A DNA stretch of 64,000 bases from Squalus acanthias (taxonomy: Eukaryota), in NCBI GenBank assembly GCA_030390025.1, contig CM059431.1:124498001-124562000 (forward strand), in the 5' to 3' direction. The notes below the pieces were generated by a model. That model searched no databases, was not told the DNA's origin, and saw only the letters and a program-made list of their open reading frames with translations. Made by a program: the position numbers and the translations under genes. Positions 62,100 through 64,000 of this stretch are shown here, in pieces (positions within the stretch are counted from its first letter, which is position 1; the number at the start of each line of letters is the position of its first letter).

Positions 62100-62525
62100 A
62101 AACAATATATATTTATACAGCGCCTTTCACGATCTCAGGAGGTCTCAAGGCACTTTGCAACCAATGAAGTACATTTTCAAGTGTAGTCACTGTTGTAATG
62201 TAGGAAATGTGCCACAAACAGCAATGTGATAATTACCAGATAACCTGTTTGTGGTTGGTTGAGGAATAACTATTGGCCAGGACACCAGGGAGAAATCCCT
62301 GCTCTTCTTCAAAACGTGCAATAGGATCTTTTACGTCCACCTGAGAAGGAAGACAGGGCCTCAGTCTAACATCTCATCCAAAATACGGAACCTCTAACAG
62401 TGCAACACCCACTAAGTATTGCACTGTAGTGTCAGCCTAAATTATGTGCTTATATCTCAGGATTGTGGCTAGAACCCACGACCTTCTGACTCAGAGATGA
62501 GAGTGCTACCACTCAGCCATGGCTG
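62100..62525 (-). mobile_element. Full-length DeuSINE-like SINE
   Basis: tRNA head TGGCTGAGTGG..GGTTCTAGCC; Deu-like core; tail AAAGGCGCTGTATAAAT. Confidence 0.82.
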
Positions 62526-62659
62526 ATATCTCATCTGTTAAGTTAAGATAAGCAGGTTAATACACTCTACAACAGCGAAGGAATGCCAACAAAAACACGT
62601 TCAGTGTTCGACTGTTATTGTTGCCAACAGTCATTCTTAGCTTGAGGCCTAACCAGAGA

Positions 62660-63815
62660 TTTGGAAATGTTGAGCATGACTTCCGTATTCAATGTCCCTA
62701 TTTACAAAGCCAAGTATCCCATACACTTTCTTAACCGCTGTATCAACATGCCCTGCCACATTCAAAGATTTGTGAATATGCAGCCCCAGGTCCCTCTGTT
62801 CTTTCATCCCCTCAGAGTAGTACCATTTAGATTACACCACCTCTCCATGTTGTTTATCCCAAAGTGCATCACTTTACCACGTTAAATTGCTTCTGCCATG
62901 TGTCTGCCCATTTCATCAGTCTGTCTATGTCCTCCTGAGGTCTGCTGCTATCCTGCTCACTATTTACTACGTTGCCAAGTTTTGTATCATCCACAAACTT
63001 CAAAGTTGTACTCCCTATGCCCAAGACCAGGTCATTTATACATGACAAGAAAAGCAACAGTCGTACTACCAACCTCTGGGGACCCCACTGCATAATTCTC
63101 TCCAGTCAGAAAAACATCTGTTCACCACTACTCTCTGTCTCCTATCGCTGAGCCAATTACATAACAAAGTTACCACTGTCCATTTAATACAATCTGCTTC
63201 TATTTTCAGAATAAGTCTGTTATGTGGCACTTTATCAAATGTCTTTTGAAAGTCCCTCTATACATCTACTACACTACCTTCATCAACCCTCTGTGTTACT
63301 TCATCAAAGAACTCAATCAGGTTAGTCAGACGCAGTTTGCCTTTAACAAATCCATGCTGGCTGTCCGTTATTAATCCATGCTTCACTGATTGAGAATTAA
63401 TTTTGTCCTTGACAATGGTCTCTAGTAGTTTTCCCACCATTGACGTTAGACTGATTGGCCTGTAGTTACTAGGTTTATCCCTCTCCCCGTTTTTGAACAG
63501 GGGTGTAACATTTGCAATTCTTCAGTCCTCTGGCACCACTCCCATATCCAAGGAGAATTGAAAGATTGTGGTCAGAGCTTCTGCTATCTCCATCCTAGCT
63601 GCCCTCACCAACGTAGGATGCATCCCATCTGGACCAGCTGACTTGTTAACTTTGAGTGATGCCAACCTTTCTATCTTTTTTATCTGATCCAATATCTCTG
63701 CTGCTCCCTCCTCTACTGTGACATTTAATTTCATCCTCTTCTTTTGTGAAGACAGATGCAAAGCACTCATTCAGTAACTCAGTGATGCCCTCTGCCTCCA
63801 CAAGAAGATATCCTT
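62660..63815 (-). mobile_element. Older, degraded CR1 RT fragment
   Basis: KSAGPDGMHP, SQHGFVKGK..TNLIEFF, KFVDDTKLG, with stops and frameshifts. Confidence 0.88.
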
Positions 63816-64000
63816 TTTTTCTGAAAAACTCTGCCTGTTTTTGTAATGCAGTTAAAAAAGTTGAATTTTTGTGTTCTCAAGGACAACTGAACTAATGACT
63901 CCAGTCTGAAATTATAATCTATTTCACTCTTATTGATTATTAATGTCAATCTTCACATTACCCCATGGATGAAAGCTCTAATGCACATAGTGTAGCTCTC

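Overview
Repeat-dense vertebrate genomic DNA with no recognisable complete host gene. The repeat families (CR1 and L2 LINEs, DeuSINE-like and LF-SINE-like SINEs, Penelope-like elements, many PIF/Harbinger copies) suggest a cartilaginous fish; this is inferred from recalled family features, not from a search. Main contents: (1) a very young, nearly complete Penelope-like element (RT + GIY-YIG, 57148-60185, 12-bp TSD) plus short pLTR remnants of two families carrying minimal hammerhead ribozyme motifs; (2) about a dozen PIF/Harbinger elements, including three two-gene copies (DDE transposase + spliced Myb/SANT partner), nested insertions, a full-length/880-bp/192-bp deletion series, and a shared WC-NNN-GW target pattern; (3) five 5'-truncated CR1 copies, a second CR1/L2-superfamily LINE with its partner SINE, a decayed hAT transposase and a 1.73-kb solo LTR; (4) a small unique island at about 56.1-56.6 kb that may be a bidirectional promoter, with an ATG-GC first coding exon on + and a 141-nt candidate exon on -. 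Most short ORFs in the track are shadows of these repeats. Coordinates were read by eye; boundaries marked approximate may be off by tens of bases.
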